Shown: positions 15,091 through 28,000 of the stretch, piece by piece
How the letters are laid out: each line of letters opens with the position of its first letter
Numbering within the stretch: the first letter of the stretch is position 1
Source of the DNA: Azolla caroliniana
Lineage: Eukaryota > Plantae > Polypodiophyta
Length of the DNA: 64,000 bases
Assembly (NCBI GenBank): GCA_043228905.1
Contig: JBHGNT010000003.1
Coordinates: forward strand, 1,550,001 to 1,614,000
Reading direction: 5' to 3'
Notes under the pieces: generated by a model
The model's database searches: none
The model's input: only the letters and a program-made list of their open reading frames with translations
Told to the model about the DNA's origin: nothing
Translations under genes and position numbers: made by a program

Positions 15091-18000
15091 AATGCTTGGT
15101 GTTTTAGTCTTCTATGACCTCTTCTTTGCCTTCTTTGCCTTCTTCGTCTTCTTCATCTTCGCTTTTGTGTTCAATAGTTGGAGGGGCTTCAAGGAGTGGC
15201 TTAACAAGCTCATACATCGGTCGCTCAAAGAGAGAATAGAGTGGCATGAGAACTCTACCCCAACTTGTGGCGTCAAAACCAATCAGTGGTAGTTGCGGCC
15301 TTGGCATCCCACTCATCTCGTCTTCATCGGAAGCTTAATCCCTCTTCTCCTACTTTTCCTTCCTTCTCTATTGCTAAATTAGTGGTTGTCATTTTCCGCC
15401 ATTGTTGGAATCATCTGCGCAAACCGTTGTATACCCTTAGTTATAATGGGTTTTCTTGGCTAATAGAAAGTTCTTGACCTAGAAAATTAAGCTCCTCTTT
15501 CTTAATCTTGTCAATTGCTCATTTCTACTCTAACTTCATGCCCTAATCGCAACATTCTTGTGTGTGTGAGAGAGAGGGTTTAGAGTTAGTTTAAATTAAC
15601 ACAACTAATCACTACACTAATTAAGAAATACATTAGACTTAATTACATATACAATTACTGCATAAGCAACATATGAAGTGTCTCAATTAAATACAATAAT
15701 TGCTAAGTGAGAAACGTGTATATATTGATTTATTAGTGTGAAACAACTAGCACATGGAGGAAATTGGTACTTAGTGGATGCAAAGGTGACAAAATGAGGA
15801 GCAAAAGGTAGCCCCAAAGTTTTGGCACCAAAGGCCTTTACACAAGAACTCTTGCTCTTTTATACAAGTTGGAAACCCTAAAGGCTCCCTTTCACATTAC
15901 AAGCCCATTGGCTATTAGCTATTAGCCATTCCCATCTAATAAAGGGTAGCACCCCACAAATTACAATATGAAAATGTTTCTTACATCATTTGGCATATAA
16001 CTAATATATTAAATTAGAAATACTAAGCCTTATAGGGTTGTTAATACTAAAAAATATCACATTATTTCCCTTAATGATCTACTCATGTGGAAAAACTCAA
16101 GCACCTTGGCGATGTAGTCTCTTTAATAGACAAATCTATTGGTTTTTCCCATCTCAAGAATTTTCCATGCCAAAATAAGGTTCATTCTATATCATTTGTC
16201 TCGAATTTTAAGCTCAAGTTTTACATTAAAGCTCATGTCTTTCATGGACTTGCCCATGATAAACAATTGATCTATATATGTAAAGAATAAGATATGATTC
16301 TGTGCAGCGGAAGAGATGTGTGTTATGTGTGTGGAAAGAGAAGAGGAGAGGAGAGAAACACAAGATAGATAGATGTATATTAACAAGGAGAATATCAAGT
16401 ACAAAAACGTAACATTACAAGGGAGATAATCCGACACTCTATGAAGTAGGAGGAGGGTGCTTTACATAAGGTCACCCTCTCTCTTCATTAACTCACTAAA
16501 ACACCCACTCTCTCTCAAGAACTATAGAAGCTCATGGGTCATGGGGAATGTGGAAACTCATTAGTTATGTGTCATAGAATATGATTCTATGACATATAGT
16601 TAATGTATAGAAAGTAGTGGTCACTTTTGACCTTTAAATATTCATACATTCTCAAAAGGTGTGTGTTCACACACTAGACTCGGTTGAGCTTGATTCTCAG
16701 CACGCCCAAGCTCAACTTTGTACGACTTTCGGCCTTCCTATGGTGTCTGTCTCAGCTAATGTCCGCTTCGGCTTGTATCCGGTTTAGATGGTATTCGGTT
16801 CTCTCTTGTACTCCCCCTCAAGCTTGGCAAGTCAAGGATCGTCAGGCCAAGGTCTGACGTGAATTGCCGAAGCTTGTCAGCTCCTAGGGCTTTGGTGAAG
16901 ATATCGGTTGTTTGAAGATTCGTGTTGATGTGTTCAAGATCGACATCTCCAGCCTGAATGCACTCTCGGATGAAGTGATAGTGCACTTCTATATGCTTCG
17001 TGTGTGCGTGGAACACTGGGTTTAGGGTCATGTTTTCGCAATAAAAGGGAATTTGATCCTTAAGTAATCTCTTCAGCCAAATGGCTTCACATGCAGCTAC
17101 AACCGGATGCAACAATCAGATGCATCTTGCTACTCTAGGATATTGCCCCGCTTCCGAGGGAGAAAACAAATCTGGAGGTCAATCGTCTATCGGCCTTATA
17201 GTCGGCCTAGTCGGCATCTGTGTACCCTTTGAGTCGAATTGACATTGCCATCTTGTAGAGAATGCCACAATTCGTTGTGTTGCTCACGTATCGTAACACT
17301 CGCTTAACACAATCCAAATGAATATCTCGTGGAGTTGGCATGAATTGACTAAGGATATCAACCAGATAGCTGAGGTCGGGATGAGTGATCCTGAGGTAGA
17401 TAAAACTACCAATGAGTTGTCGATAGTGGGTTGGCTCACACTTTGTGGTGCCGGAGTCGGCATCCAGTTTGAGGTTTTGATCGAAGGGGTTGCCATAGAT
17501 TTGCACTTAGTCATCCCGAACTTGTATAACAAGTTGAGGATGTACTACCGTTGGGAGATCATATGTCGGCTGGAGTCTGAATTACTTCAATACCGAGGAA
17601 GTAATGAAGCTCTTTCATGTGTATCATCTGGAATTTTCCAGAGAGGAGGGACTTGACCTTGTTGATGTCGACTAGATTTTCACCTCCAACGACCAGATCA
17701 TCTATCTACATGATGATGACAATCGGGCTTCCAGAATCGCTTCGAATGCCAAGTACGTGGTGCTTGCTTAAGGCCGTAGAGTGGCTTCTTTAGTCGGTAG
17801 ATTGCTTTCAGATGGTTATTGGATTCGACGCAGGGTGGTTGTACCATGTACACCTCCTCTTTTAATTTGCCTTGAAGAAAGGCATTTTTTACGTCCATAT
17901 GATGGAGGTGCCACCCTTTCGCCATTGCAAGTGCAATCACGGTCCGCACAATCGTCATTTTTGCCACCAGGGCAAAGGTCTCTTCATAGTCAACTCCATG

Positions 18001-18764
18001 TGTTTGTGAGTATCCTTTCGCTACGAGTCGGGATTTGTAGCGATTGATAGAGCCGTCGACATTATACTTCACCTTGAATATCTATTTGCAGTTGATTGCC
18101 TTCTAGTGAGGTGAGTGGGGAACAAGATCCCATGTCTCGTTCTTGCATAGTGCATGTAGTTCTCGTTCATTGCTTCGACCCATCGTGGATCCTTGGTTGC
18201 CTCGGAAAAACTTTCCGGCTCTTCGAAGTGCTGTTGTCAAGATTCAAACTCTTGATATGACCATGTTATAATCAAGTATTATGGGTTAACCAACATATCT
18301 AGCATACAATTATGTATATAATTGGTCCTTGTTGTTTTGGCTAGCATCATGTGCATAGTTGCTCCCTTGTAGTATTTACACTTGGCACATGCATGCATAC
18401 CTACATGTTCTATTGTAGATTCTGTTGGGAACTTGACGTTCCTTATGTCCGACGCTCGGCCACAACCGAGATTCTTTTCACACACACAGAAAAACAGGTA
18501 ATGAAACGCGACACAAAAGAGGAGAAATGGTACACAGGAGGTATACGTGGAAAACCCCAAAATAGGGGAAAAACCACGGCAGCCCACAAGCTGCAAACTG
18601 TCACTATGCAGAAATATACAACAGTGAGATCACTGAGGCAACGACCTCGTGCTCTCAGATCTTCGCCACAGGCGGCGGTTACAACAGAGGCTACGACCTC
18701 GTCTCTCTCTCTCTCTCTGTACAGTTACGCGCTCTGATTTCTTCTTGCACCAACAAGAAAGAAT

Positions 18765-21700
18765 TGATGGAAATTAAATCGTCACTTTCCAAACTTCACT
18801 TCTCGGCCACAACCAAGGAAACACACGAATCGTTGTTGCAGAAAATGGGAAATGCGAAAAATAGAGTGGACACACGATTTATCGTGGAAAACCCTGTACG
18901 GGAAAAACCACGGGAGTACAAGACTCCGAACCAAAAACTATGCACAGAGAAGTATACAATGGCGAGCTGCAAGGCGACGACCTTGAGCTCGTTGTCCTCG
19001 CCACAGGCGGCGGAAATACACAGAGGCGTCGACCTCTTCCTCTCTCACGCTCTATCTCTCTCGCGGCTGCTCTCTCTCTTCACTCCTCTTGAGTGGAAAA
19101 ACAGAAAAATGAGAAGCAACATAAAAACTGTTTGCCCTAAGTCATATTTATACACATATGACTTTGGGGCTATTTACAACTATAGCCTCAAGGGCCCTTG
19201 GCAAACATATTCACAGATATGTCCCCGCATCCGGATCTCGCTCCGGGTACATTCGTCATCTGGCTCCGAAGCCGGGGTCTTCATCATCCGGTTCCGAAAC
19301 CGAAACTGGGCTTGTCGGCATTCATCTCCGATATCCAACCATCCCATCCGAAAGGGACCGTAATCCCAACAAACTCCCCCTTCACTTCGGCATGGGATGT
19401 CTCTCCAATCCGATCCTCTTCCGGCATGCTTCCAGCTTGTCGGGTGTGAGCACCTTGGTCAGCATATCCGACCCGTTCTCGTCCGTGTGGATCTTCGTCA
19501 GCACGAACTCCTTGTCTTCTATCCTTTCCCGGATCCAGTGGTATCTACACTGGATGTGCTTCGTCCGGGAGTGATAGGCCGCGTTCTTCGCAAGGTGGAT
19601 GGCACTCTGACTGTCGCAGTAGAGTCGGTACTCCACCTGCCGGATACCGAGCTCTCTAATGAAGTCCTTCATCCATATTATTTCCTTGCCGGCTTCAACA
19701 GCCGCCATGTACTCCGCCTCCGTGGTTGACAACGCAACCGTCTTCTACAGCCTCGACTGCCACGAAACAGCTCCCCCTGCATACGTCATCACATACCCTG
19801 ATGTGGACCGGCTGGTATCTGCATCAGCCGACATGTCCGAATCGGTAAAGCCGTCGAGTTCGGGCTTACCGGAGCCGAATCGGAGGCACACGTTTGCCGT
19901 GCCCTTCAGGTATCGGAGTATCCACTTGGCCGCGTTCCAGTGCTCTTTGCCGGGATTGCTCATGTACCGGCTCACCACTCCGACTGCATATCCTATGTCC
20001 GGTCTCATACACACCATGGCGTACATCAAGCTCCCGACGGCTGAGGCATACGGCACTTTCATCATATCCTCCTTTTCAGCCTTTGTCTTGGGACTTTGCT
20101 TGTTGGACAGCTTGCAGTTTGCCGGGAGGGTCGATCCGACCGGTCTTGCTTCCGACATGTTGAACCGTTTAAGCACCTTTGTCACGTACTTTTCCTGTGA
20201 CAGCCACAACTGCTTCTTGCTCCGGTCCCGGATGATGTGCATCCCTAGTATTTGTCTCGCCGGACCCATGTCCTTCATTGAGAAGGTTCGGTGAAGAGCC
20301 TTCTTCAGCATTCGTATCTTGACCTGGTCCCGTCCGACGATCAACATGTCGTCCACGTACAGGAGGAGTATTAGAAAGTCTCCTCCTTCGAACTTCTTCA
20401 CAAACACGCAGTGGTCGGACTGCGTTTTGAGGTACCCTTCGTCGGTCATGAAGGAGTCGAACTTCCGGTACCATTGTCGGGGAGCCTGCTTCAGTCCGTA
20501 AAGGCTCTTCTTCAACCGGCATACCAGGTGCTCCTTCCCTTTCTTCTCGAAACCTTCCGGTTGCTGCATGTAGATCTCTTCTTCGAGGTCACCGTGAAGG
20601 AATGCCGTCTTCACATCCATCTGTTCTACCTCGAGGTCCATGCTTGCCGCTATGCTCAGCACCGTTCGGATGGAGGTCATCTTCACTACCGGGGCAAATA
20701 TCTCGTCGAAGTCGACGCCCTTCTTCTGCTGAAACCCCTTCACCACGATCCTGGCTTTGTATCTCGGGGGGTTTCCGGCATCTCCCGGTTTCAGCTTGAA
20801 CACCCACTTGTTTCGAAGTGCCCGCTTTCCTTTCGGCAACTCCACAAGTTCATATGTGTGGTTCTCATGCAGGGAATCCATCTCGTCCTGCATGGCACTC
20901 AACCACCTGCGGCTCTGGGTGTCATGCTTTGCTTCTTCAAAGCTCTCCGGCTCCCCCTCGTCGGTTAGCAGCAGGTGCTCTGGTTCCGGAAATCTCCGGG
21001 GGGCCCTTCTCTCTCTTAGAGGATATCTCCGTTCCGGAGCTTCGGTAACCGGTTCTTCCGATTCTTCTTCATTCGAATCCATTTCGGGATCGGGGCCGGT
21101 TCCGGTATCATTTTCATCTTCTTCGGCCGGTTCTGTTTCTTCACCGTCTTCGGCCGGATCCTCGAGTGCTAACCGGTCCCTTGCCGGTCGGGACTGCTCC
21201 TCGTAGAGTTGATCCTCACTGGTCGACTTGGAGCTCTTCATCTTCTTCTCCGACTCCCAGTCGGCGAGTGTCTTGTTCTCCATGAAGATGATATCACGAC
21301 TCCAGAATATCTTCTTGTCGACCGGGTCCCATACTCGGTAGCCGAACTCGTCATCGCCGTAACCGAGGAATATGCATGGCCGGGTCTTTGGATCTAGCTT
21401 TCCTCTCCGGTCCTTTGCCACATGCACGTATGCGAGACACCCGAACACCTTCAGATGCCGGTAGGATACTTCCCTACCGGTCCACACTCTCTGCGGCGTG
21501 TCTCCGTCCAAAGGTACTGAGGGTGATCTGTTTATCACGTATGTCGCCGTCGACATCGCCTCAGCCCAAAACCCCTTGGGTAATTCCGCATGCGCCAGCA
21601 TACTCCGGACCCTCTCCATTATGGTCCGATTCATCCTCTCGGCCAGCCCGTTCAGTTCCGGCGTCTTCGGCACAGTAAACTCGAGCCGGATTCCCTTCGA

Positions 21701-23508
21701 GCGACAGTACTCCGCGAACTGCCCCCGGTATTCCCCTCCGTTATCCGCTCGTATCGCTTTCAGCTTCTTGCCGGATTCTCTTTCCACTCTCGCGTGGAGT
21801 TCTTTGAAGACGGACACCACTTGGTCCTTTGTCTTCAACGGTGCCGTCCACAGCTTCCGGCTGTGATCATCAATGAATGTTACGAAGTACTGGGCTCCGC
21901 CATGTGACTTCGTTTCTACCTGACACACATCAGTGTGCACCAACTCCAATGGTGCGTTACGTCTCGTCGGTGGCCTTGAATGGAAGGAGGTTCGGTTCTG
22001 CTTACCGGCCAGGCAATCGGTGCACTTCTCCAGGTGCACATGCTTCACTGGAATAAGGTTGTCATCTGCAAGCCTCTTCATCCCCTTCTCACTCATGTGG
22101 CACAGTCTTTTGTGCCACAGCTCACCGACAGTGTCGGCTGCCACATTCAGCTCTTCCGGACATAACCGGGCATTCATCAGGTACAGTGTGTTGTCTTTCC
22201 GGGCCCGAGCCACTATCAGGCTCCCCTTGCTGAACTTCATTATGCCGTTCCGGATGCTACCTGTGTAGCCTTCATCGTCTAGCCTCCCGGCCGAAATCAG
22301 GTTCAATCGAACCTCCGGAACGTGTCGGACATCCTTCAGCAGCATTTTGCATCCGGTCGGGGTTGTCAACCACACGTCTCCTATGCCGGCAATCCGGCAC
22401 GTACCTTCGTTTCCCATCCGAACACAGCCATGCTCACCGGCTGTGTAGGATGAGAAGTATCTTCTCTCCGGGGTCAGGTGGAACGATGCTCCGGAATCGA
22501 CCACCCAGGTCGTCTCATCGCCGGCAATGTTTAGTTCACCTTCTTCGGTGATAAGCATGATTTCTTCCTCACTTGCCGCGAGTGCCGTCGTTCCTCTCCG
22601 GTCCTGCCCTCGCCGATCCGGACCTCTCCGGTCCGTGGCTCCCCGGTATGCACCATTTCTCTCCGGTGACTTCTTCGAATCGGTGTCGTCGGCTCCGTTG
22701 TCCTTTCGGTAATGCCGACAATTCTTCCAGAAATGCCCCGGCTTCCCACAGTGGAAGCATGTGGGTCTTCCTCTTGACTGCGACCGGGTCCCCGACTTCT
22801 CCCGTCTTTGCGGACTCCGGTTCCATTGTCTTCCCCGTTCCAATTCGGTAAGCAGCGCCTTCGAGTCGGAGGCCGGTTCTTTATCTCTCCGACGCGCTTC
22901 TTCGTTCAAAATACTTGTCTTTACCGTTTGTAGGGACAAGTTATCTTCCGTGCAGGAGGTGCTGAGAGTCACCACCAAGTTCTCCCAGCTTTCCGGCAAT
23001 GTACACATCAGAATGATGGCTTGCATTGCATCCTCCAGCGGGAACTTGATCGCCGCAAGCTGGTTCACGAATCCCATGAACGTGCTTACGTGTTCCACCA
23101 TACTCTCGCCGTCCCGGTACTTGAGGTTCACTATCTTCCTCATCAGGGAGGTCCGGTTCAACGCATTCTTCCTCTCGTAGAGGCCCGACAGCTTCCGCCA
23201 CATCTCATATGCGTTGATGTCGTTCGCCACATGTTGTAAAACGCTCACGTCTACGTATTGCCGAATGGTTGCAACGGCTTTCCGGTTCAGAAGCCTCCAT
23301 TCCGACTCAAGTACTCCCTTCGGTATTTCCGACCTGTCAATCGGTTCGTACAGGTCCCGAACAATCAGAAGATCCTCCATCTTGATCTTCCAGTCGGCGT
23401 AATTCTGCGCATTCAGCACCATCATCCCCGGCTGCCCGCTGCCGCCGCCTTCCATTTTCTGCAGCAGCCCGCTCTGATACCAAATGATGGAAATTAAATC
23501 GTCACTTT
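18765..23508 (-). mobile_element. Element D: near-intact Tnt1/Tork-like Copia. 3' LTR 18765-19371, PPT 19372-19384, PBS (Met-i) 23471-23482, only 24 bp of the 5' LTR left (23485-23508).
   Basis: tggtatcagagc PBS and tgaagggggagtt PPT on the minus strand; tgatggaaattaaatcgtcacttt identical at 18765 and 23485. Confidence 0.92.
19382..23455 (-). CDS. Copia gag-pol polyprotein of element D, with one in-frame TAG at 19745-19747 before RNase H
   Basis: 1236-aa ORF with CFHCGKPGHFWKNC, WVVDSGAS protease, integrase core and RT LYVDDML; continues in frame as KTVALSTTEAEY...RTKHI. Confidence 0.92.
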
Positions 23509-23932
23509 AATAACCACACATATCTAAAAGTTTGCCCTAAGTCATATTTATACTAATATGACTTTTCGGCTATTTACAAATGTAGCCTTGATGGGCTCCA
23601 TCCGGCTCTCCGCAGTCGGGTGCTCCTCATCCGGTTCATACCGAGCCTACACCATCCGACTCTCTGCAGTCGGGTACTCCTCATCCGGTTCATACCGGGC
23701 CTACACCATCCGACTCTCCGAAGTCGGGTTCTCCCCATCCGGTTCATACCGTTTCGGCCTCGGCCTGTCGGCCTCGGCCGAGTTTGTTCGTCGGCACTAT
23801 TCTTCTCCCTTCCCATCTGGAGGGACCTGTCTACCAACAGATTCACATGCGTGCAACAAGTATGCATGTCGTGTAGTATAAATAAATGAGTTCACCTTGA
23901 AGGAATTCAAGGTGAACAACACCAGTTACGAA

Positions 23933-24496
23933 GTCTTTCAGTTAATACTATTCATCCATTTGGTTATCTTCTTTCTTGTCTCTTGAGCTTATGGTCTATC
24001 CATGATAGTTTGTTCACCGTCCCATCCTCATAGCTCTCCCTCTCATAAGCCATAATTATGTCTGACTTAGCGAGTGACTTAAGCCAGATAATGGTAGCCT
24101 TACAACAACTCCAACTTGGAGTCTTTCAGTTAATACTATTCATCCATTTGGTTATCTTCTTTCTTGTCTCTTGAGCTTATGGTCTATCCGTGACAGTTTG
24201 TTCACCTTCCCATCCTCATAGCTCTCCCTCTCATAAGCCATAATTATGTCAGACTCAACGAGTGACTTAAGCCAGATAATGGTAGCCTTACAACAACTCC
24301 AGCTCGGAGTCTTTCAGTTAATACTATTCATCCATTTGGCTATCTTCTTTCTTGTCTCTTGAGCTTATGATCTATCAGTGACAGTTTGTTCACCTTCCCA
24401 TCCTCATAGCTCTCCCTCTCATAAGCCATAACTATGTCTAACTCAGCGAGTGACTTAAGCCAGATAATGGTAGCCTTACAACAACTCCAGCTTCAA
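23933..24496 (+). repeat. Three tandem copies of a 188-bp unit covering B's LTR end, primer site, leader and gag start
   Basis: gtctttcagttaatactattc starts at 23933, 24121 and 24309. Confidence 0.95.
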
Positions 24497-25005
24497 AATG
24501 AAGCTCTTCAAAATTCTTTACAAGAACTTCAAGTTGGTACCTCCCTATCCTCACAACCCCCAAAGCCTAATCTCCCACCGCAACCTAGCCTAGAGCCCGA
24601 TCTTCTACCAACATCTAGCCTAGCTTCTTCGATTTTCTTGAGCCTAAGGTTAGCCTCCCAGAATCATTTGATGGAACAAGGTCGTGTTTCCGAGGTTTCA
24701 TCAACCAAATTCGACTTATCATTCGGTTACAACCTCAATGTTATGTGGATGGTCTTCAACAAGTCGGCCTTGTGGGTACCCTTCTCTCCAGTCCGTCCCA
24801 AGCTTGGTTTGCGCCATTGGTAGAAACTTCATCACCTCTATTGGAGGACTTTCCCGCCTTCCTCACCGAGTTAGAGGCCACATTTGGAAAGACGGACCGA
24901 CGACATACAACCCTTAACAAGCTTTATGCACTCGAACAAGGTTCGCGTGCAACTTCTATCTATGCTTCAGAATTTCGACAACTAGCATGCGACGTCAATT
25001 GGGAT

Positions 25006-28000
25006 TGTTACGGGCATGACCATATAATATCCCGTGGTAAGAATTTACCGTAGTATTCTATACACGTGGATAAGTGTGAGGGTTAAAGGAGAGTGTAAAG
25101 AAGGGGAGGATTACTTTTAATCCTCGGGATTGAGACAACCCATTAGGTCAAGTGTGAACTTGCCTGGAGGCCTTGGGTTTCGCTATAAATAAGAGGCCTA
25201 GCTACCCTCATTTGATCATCTTTTGACTACATCGAGACTCTGCTCGTGTGGTGGGTCAACTCTTGTAGCGAGCGCGCCAGCACCAGGTACGACTCGACGC
25301 CACGGCGGTGGTATGGGACGCCGATTGAGGCTCGAGTCCGTCTCGATCCCTTCGCTCGGGGGTGGTCGGGTGGATCGGCACCCTTTTTTCTCTTTCTCCT
25401 TTCTATCTATCTTTTCATTATCCTTATCTTAAGCTTACATTAGTACTATGATCTATAATATTTGGTATCAGAGCTTTTTACTAATGTTTCTTTGTTTTTC
25501 ATTTGTCTTTTGATTGATGCTGATCGATCATTGTGCGGTTGGCCTTGATCCAGACAACGATCAACAAAGAACTTCGGTAACTCTTTCCATATTTTTTTTT
25601 CTATTCTCTCTTCTCCCATCTAATCATGTGTTTAGTTTATATGTAATTTTTTTCATTAAATCAATGATGTTGTAGTGGTCTTTAATTGATTATCTAAAAC
25701 GTTTACATATGTGCACGGGGTCAATACCTCGTTTGACATGTTAATAATATGTGATGAGTATGCGTACGAGGTTAATACCTCAATTACGTATTACGTTCAC
25801 GAACATATGTTACGTTTGCGTATGAGTTTAATACCTTGATTTGTTGTAAACGATATGCGTTTGGTCTCGTATGCGTAAGAGGTCAATACCTCCATTGCGT
25901 ATTACGATGATCTCTTATTTGTGGATGTTTCGTGTGCGTAGAGGTATATACCTCGATTACGTATCTCGATCACATCATTTGTGGCTATTTACTATAACGA
26001 TATGTTGAATATAGGCATATGTGGTCACATATATACGTATTTGATCGTATATATGTGATAAGTAACCATATGTGTATATTCGTTATTACGTGATTATATC
26101 GAAAGTTGTCATGATCGGGAAAAGGATGTTGGTGGCCGTCCTCACATTTTTGTGAGAATGGCGTTGTCACCATCCCTTTTTCAACATTTTTTTATTGTTG
26201 ATAACCCCGTTGACGACCTCGATTTCGTTACGTAAAGAAACGCCAATAGCCAAAATGATGTTGAGTACGTAGGGCTTGACCCACTTCAAGTGAGGTCGCT
26301 CCAATGACGCACGTATCCAACATCCTTCCCTCGTTACATGGATACGATGCCACCATGAGCTCGTTCTTACGAGAGGCATTCGTAATGACGTGACCATGTG
26401 ATGGCCCACGTGAGCCTACTACGAAACGAGGGCTCATTTGGCTTGACCATTAGGTTGCCCTTTGACATATGCCATCGTAATTACGAGACTTGAGGTTAGG
26501 TAACGTACCAACATAGTGTTGGTAAATGAGGGCGAAATAAGGACCCTTGACATATATGTTCTTTTAAAAAAACGTATATGATCAATTGCCTCGCATATCT
26601 CTTATACGCATCAAACATTAAGCATTCGAGAAGAGCAACTTACTTGGTTGGCTCAAGTGTTTAATGTATTTGTTCTCGAGGTCTCGAGTTCAAATATGAC
26701 CAAGACCATACAACATCCTTGATACATATGACTATAACACATGTTTAGACTTAAGGTCTAAGTGCACCTCGGGGTCCTCGTAATAGGACTTAAAGAGCCG
26801 AAACCACTTATGTGGGCACCGAAACATAGTTTATTGTTAACATTTTTTTTCGTGTATAAACTATTCATGACGCGAACATACATGGTTGAGCCTCGGGGAG
26901 CCACCATGAAAAAATCGATATAGAGATCAGGGAAAGACATTTATTTGTCACCCCCATGGTTTTTAAAACACCTTTGTGTTACCATAGTAACCTGATCTTG
27001 AACCTCATCTCATACGTCTAGAGGGGTATTGACGTGAGATAATGATATCGATTAATGCTCGCCCATGATATGTTTACATCACGACAAGATGTTATGACTA
27101 TATCTCTGACCTTATCCTATTTCTTTTCCAGAAATAATCTTTAATGGCTCAAATTAACGACCCGATGTCATCCGCTCAAGCGGAAGGAACTCAAGGGAAT
27201 CCTCCTGGACAAATGTCCACTGAGATGTATTTGGCACAAATAACCCAATTCCTTAGTTTCACCGCTCAACAGATGACCGAACTTCGGCAATCTCAGAGTG
27301 CTCTTGAGGCACGTGTCATTAGCCTACAACGTGAGACTAATAGACCTGATGAGCGACAAGGTGAACCATCATTTGTCGTTAAGCCATTTACGGGAGACAA
27401 AAAGGAAAGAACCGAAGAAGCAATCTGCACATGGCTGGGACGATGGGAGTCTCATTTTGAGCTCTATCCCACGCCAGATAGTACGAAGATTGCATATGTC
27501 GGCCGAGAACTCGGGGGTAAGGCCGCCGCCTGGTGGCGTGGCCTCCGTACTATGGGGAAATTGCCCGATACCTGGACAGATTTTGTCACGGTTTTTAAGG
27601 GCCAATTTCTGCAACCTCCCTCTCGAACCGAGGCAGCACAAGCTTTAATGAACCTCTCTAGCAGGAAATTTTCCTCGCTAGAAGACTATGTTCACCATGC
27701 TAGAACCCAAATCCAAAAATCGGGTCTAGAAGGGGACAATTGGTTGATAGCTTGTTTTGTCAATGGCATCCCCAATTCGGACTATCACTGGATAGTGCAC
27801 GATAAGGATCCAAAATCCTTCGAAGAGGCCGTTGAAATAGTTCTTCGCTATCAACGCACTTCGAAGAAGGACCATAACAAACCCAACGAAGCGCCCGGGA
27901 CTAAGCAGTCGCAATTTGTTGGGAAACGCAAGACACCCAACGAATTCCTGGATCGCGATTGTAAGCGACAACATCCTTTTTGTGTATTCTGCAAAAAGAA

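Larger units (their letters stand above)
18423..23839 (-). mobile_element. Element C: Copia-type solo LTR (about 670 bp: 18423-18764 plus about 23512-23839) in the 5' LTR of B, itself carrying element D
   Basis: tgttgg...ccaaca termini; perfect TSD GATTC (18418-18422 and 23840-23844); both halves match the uninterrupted solo LTR at 41098-41811; three 54-bp internal repeats. Confidence 0.9.

Noticed and set aside
18764-19363. 199-aa ORF here and 217-aa ORF at 41323-41976
   Set aside because: They lie in or run out of LTR sequence and repeats; no coding signature.
19745-19747. Programmed stop-codon readthrough in element D
   Set aside because: The position is a normally conserved Gln codon and the context (TAG AAG) is not a known leaky motif; simple C>T mutation is more likely.
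19397-23497. Many plus-strand ORFs of 60-211 aa overlapping element D
   Set aside because: Antisense shadows of a GC-rich gag-pol; no recognisable motifs.
23933-24496. Regularly spaced repeats here, at 35447-35568 and at 51156-51385 as possible CRISPR arrays
   Set aside because: Head-to-tail tandem units without unique spacers, eukaryotic context, no cas genes.
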